From assembly GCF_009914755.1 (NCBI RefSeq), contig NC_060947.1: a DNA stretch of 64,000 bases, one strand, 5' to 3'. The stretch's first letter is position 1, and every line of letters begins with the position of its first letter. Under the pieces are notes generated by a model, which was not told the DNA's origin, made no database searches, and saw only the letters and a program-made list of their open reading frames with translations. The DNA is from the human T2T-CHM13v2.0 reference genome, Homo sapiens. Position numbers and translations under genes: made by a program. Below are positions 57,350-64,000 of this stretch, in pieces.

Positions 57350-58489
57350 ATATATATTGAATAATTTGATGCCTCCAGCTTTGTTTCTGTTTTTGCTCAG
57401 GATTGTGACTACTTGGTCTCCTTTTTAGTTTCATATGAATTTTAGGATTGTTTTTTCTAACTCTGTGAAGAATGTTGTTGATACTGTGATATGGATTGCA
57501 CTGAATCTGTAGATCATTTGAGCAGTATGGTGATTTAAATGGTATTAATTATTCTGATCCATGAGCATGAAATGCTTTTCCATTTGTTTGTGTCACCTTC
57601 TGTAAATGTCTGTTAGGTACTTTTGGTCAAAGTCCAATTTAAATCCAGTGCTTTCTTGCTGATTTTCTGCCAGCATTATCTGTTTAATGCTGATAGAAGG
57701 GTGTTGAAGTCCACCACTGTTATTGTATTGAAGTCTCTTTCTTCAGTTCTAGTAATACTTGCTTAATGAATCTGGATGCTCCAGTGTTGGGTACATTTAC
57801 ATTTAGAATTGTTAGTATTTTTGCTAATATATTCTCCCTTCTTAATTACATAATGACCTTCTTTGTCTCTTTTCCCTGTTTTTGACTTAAAGGCTGTTTT
57901 ATCTAAGTGTAGCTATTCCTGCATGCTTTTAGTTTTCTTTTCCCTGGAATATTTTTCCCAGCCCTTTTATTTCAGTTTATATGTGTGTCGATGGTAAGGT
58001 CAGTTTCTTGTAAGTAGTATATAGCTGGGCTTTGTTCTTTTTATCCATTCAGTCAATCTATATACTTTAAGAGGGTAATTTAATCTAATTAATTTCGAGG
58101 CCATTGTTATGTGAGGCATTGTTTCTGTCATATTGTTAATTGTTTTCTGATTGATTGTTTTATATATTCTTTATTCCCTTCTTTTTCTCTTATTGATTGT
58201 CATTTTGTTTCGATGATTTCTGTATTAGTACCATTAGAGTCTTTTATCTTTCACCTTTTTGTGATTGTTTTTTACCTGTGAATTTTGTAATTTGTGTGTT
58301 TCCATTATGGTAAAGGTGATCCTTTTGCTTCCAGGTTTAGGAATTCTTTGATGATTTTTTTGTAAGGCTAGTGTAGCGATAACAAATTCCCTCAAGATTA
58401 GCTTGTCTCAGAAAGACTATTTTTTGTTCATTTATGGAGAACCATTTCACTGAATAGTATTCTCTGCTGACAGTATTTTTTTCTTCCAG

Positions 58490-59432
<943 letters not shown>

Positions 59433-59467
59433 TGAATATGTCATCATATTTTCTTCTAGCCTATACT

Positions 59468-60857
59468 TGTGTCCGGAACTGGTGGGTTCTTGGTCTCACT
59501 GACTTCAAGAATGATGAAGCCGCGGACCCTCGCGGTGAGTGTTACAGCTCTTAAGGTGGTGCGTCTGGAGTTCGTTCCTTCTGATGTTCGGATGTGTTCG
59601 CAGTTTCTTCCTTCTGGTGGGTTCGTGGCCTCGCTGGCTCAGGAGTGAAGCCGCGGACCTTCGCGGTGAGTGTTACAGCTCTTAAGGCGGCACGTCCGGA
59701 GTTGTTCGTTCCTCCCGGTGGGTTCGTGGTCTCGCTGGCTTCAGGAGTGAAGCTGCAGACCTTCGCAGGGAGTGTTACAGCTCATAAAGGCAGTGTGGAC
59801 CCAAAGAGTGAGCAGCATCAGGATTTATTGCAAAGAGCGAAAGAACAAAGCTACCACAGTGTGGAAGGGGACCCGAGCGGGTTGCCACTGCTGGCTCGGG
59901 CAGCCTGCTTTTATTGTCTTATCTGGCCCCACCCACATCCTGCTGATTGGTAGAGCCGAGTGGTCTGTTTTGACAGGGTGCTGATTGGTGCGTTTACAAT
60001 CCCTGAGCTAGACACAAAGTTTCTCCACGTCCCCACCAGATTAGCTAGATACAGAGTGTCGACACAAAGGTTCTCCACGTCCCCACCAAAGTAGCTAGAT
60101 ACAGAGTGTCATTGGTGCATTCACAAGCCCTGAGCTAGACACAGGGTGCTGATTGGTATGCTTACAAACCTTGAGCTAGATACAGAGTGCCGACTGGTGT
60201 ATTTACAATCCCTGAGCTAGACATAAAGGTTCTCCACGTCCCCACCAGACTCAGGAGCCCAGCTGGCTTCACCCAGTGGATCCCGCACCGAGGCTGCAGG
60301 TGGAGCTGCCTGCCAGTCCCACGCCGTGCGCCCGCACTCCTCAGCCCTTGGGTGGTCGACGGGACTGGGCACCGTGGAACAGGGGGCGGTACTCGTCGGG
60401 GAGGCTGGGGTAGCACAGGAGCCCATGGAGAAGGGGGGGAGGCTGAGGCATGGCGGGCTGCAGGTCCTGAGCCCTGCCCCGCGGGAAGGCAGCTAAGGCC
60501 CAGCGAGAAATTGAGCACAGCAGCTGCTGGCCCAGGTGCTAAGCCCCTCACTGCCTGGGGCCGGTGGGGCTGGCTGGCTGCTCCGAGTTCAGGGTCCGCC
60601 GAGCCCACGCCCACCCGGAACTCGCGCTGGCCCGCAAGCAATGCACGCGGCCCCGGTTCCCGCCCGCACTTCTCTCTCCACACCTCCCGGCAAGCTGAGG
60701 GAGCCGGCTCCGGCCTTGATCAACCCAGAAAGGGGCTCCCACAGTGCAGTGGCGGGCTGAAGGGCTCCTCAAGTGCCGCCAAAGTGGGAGCCCAGGCAGA
60801 GGAGGCGCCGAGAGCAAGCGAGGGCTGTGAGGACTGCCAGCACGCTGTCACCTCTCA
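59468..60857 (-). mobile_element. LTR12C (ERV9) full-length solo LTR
   Basis: Ends 'tgtgtccggaa' and 'gctgtcacctctca'; 4-bp TSD TACT at 59464-59467 and 60858-60861; U5 repeats, U3 'gagctagacaca/ctgattggtg' repeats and a CpG-rich U3. Confidence 0.95.
59900..60245 (-). promoter_or_regulatory. LTR12C promoter/enhancer: CCAAT (NF-Y) boxes, GATA-like motifs, AATAAAA TATA-like box
   Basis: ATTGG on + (CCAAT on -) near 59946, 59984, 60111 and 60152; 'ttttatt' at 59909-59915 reads AATAAAA on -; would fire leftwards. Confidence 0.7.
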
Positions 60858-61575
60858 TACTGTTTCTGCTGTAAAATCTACTGTTAGTTCAATGGGGTTT
60901 TCTTTATAGGTAACTAGATGTTTTTATCTTGGTGCTTTTAGGATTTTCACTTTTTATCATTTATCTTAGAATGGTTTGATTTCAATGTTCCATGGAGAAG
61001 ACCTTTTGTGTTGTATCCACCTGGGCATTATTAAATTTTCTGTATTGGAAAGTCTAAGTAAGTCTCTTACTCGAACTGGAAAGTATTTATCGATAATGTA
61101 ATTAAGTAGGTTTATAATCTTTTTATTTTCTCTTTGTCCTCTGGAATACCAATAAATATAATATTTTTTTTTTTTTGCTTTATGTAGACCCAAGCGTCAC
61201 AAAGTTTTTGCTACTCATTTTTAATTTTTGTAAAAAAAAATTTCTTACTGGATTATTTCAAAAGACCTGTCTTCAAGTTAAGACATTACTTTGCTTCTTT
61301 TTGATCTAGTCTATTGTTTAAGCTTTCAAATAAATTTTGTATCTACTTTAATAAATTATTTAGTTCCAGAATTTCTATTTTTTTACAGTATCTATTCCAT
61401 CAGCATATTTTTCAATCATATATTATGTATCTGATTTCTTGGTATTGATTTTCAGAATTCTCTTTTAGCTCACTAAATTTTGAAATTTTCTTTTTGATTA
61501 AATTCAATTGCTAGAGAATTATGATGTTTATTTGTAGGTGTCATATTTTCTTGCTTTTTAAAATTTCTTGTGCCC

Positions 61576-61966
61576 TTACATTTATATTGGTACATCTGCT
61601 ACAACCGTGACTTTTTCCTATTTTTCAATTTACTTTCATAAAGAGGACCTTTTTCCTGAAGATGTATCTATGGTGTTGGTTTTGTAGAGTACACTGGCTG
61701 TGATTGGGGGTTTGCACAGTAGTTCAGATGCTATACGATTTCTTTGCTTTTAAATGGCATTAATGGTATTTTTACATTTATATTGGTATATCTGCTACAA
61801 CAGTGACTTTTTCCTATTTTTGAATTTCCTTTCATGAAGAGGACTTTTTTTCCTGAAGACGTATCTATGGTGTTGGTTTTGTAGAGTACATTGGCTTTGA
61901 TTTGGGGTTTGCACGGTAGTTTAGATGCTGTACGATTTCTTTGCTTTTAAATGGTATTAATGGTAT
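61576..61966. repeat. Tandem duplication, 2 x about 195 bp, within L1MA
   Basis: 61576-61769 versus 61772-61966, joined by 'tt'; roughly 7% diverged. Confidence 0.95.
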
Positions 61967-62130
61967 GTGTAATTTTCTTAGTTGGTTAGAGTATGATTAT
62001 TATTGGAAGCTCTGGTAAATTTGTGCTGGGGACTAGGATGCTAGGCTTGCCTGTCTTCAGGCCTCAGGAGTGTCAGTGGTGGGTTGAGTGTGCCTATTCT
62101 TATGGCCCAGGGTAGTTCACGTTGACCTCA

Positions 62131-64000
<1,870 letters not shown>

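Noticed and set aside
59520-60245. Repeat-spacer-like arrays resembling CRISPR
   Set aside because: These are the normal U5 and U3 tandem repeats of LTR12 in eukaryotic DNA; there are no unique spacers or cas genes.
60162-60909. 173-aa and 240-aa ORFs
   Set aside because: They lie in GC-rich LTR12C U3, where stop codons are rare; these are typical spurious LTR12 translations.

Overview
AT-rich primate (very likely human) genomic DNA, intergenic or deep intronic. Most of it is interspersed repeat: Alu (J/S/Y), L1 of many ages, L2, L3, MIR, MaLR (THE1B, MST, MLT1), ERVL (MLT2 plus an internal dUTPase remnant) and ERV1 LTRs including a full solo LTR12C. I found no credible host protein-coding gene or RNA gene; the longer ORFs are L1 ORF2, Alu, LTR12 or microsatellite readings. 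The most unusual features are local copy-and-paste scars that repeat families do not explain: (1) a 585-bp palindromic AT-rich repeat (PATRR-like) replacing the 3' end of an MLT2A LTR (44452-45036); (2) a 332-bp inverted copy of 5469-5787 pasted into the middle of an AluSc (9452-9783); (3) a 178-bp dispersed templated insertion, two tandem duplications of 185-195 bp and several micro-hairpins; (4) a twin-primed L1PA3 with a 5' inversion. Subfamily names come from my recall of consensus sequences, not from a RepeatMasker run. Boundaries of old elements are approximate.
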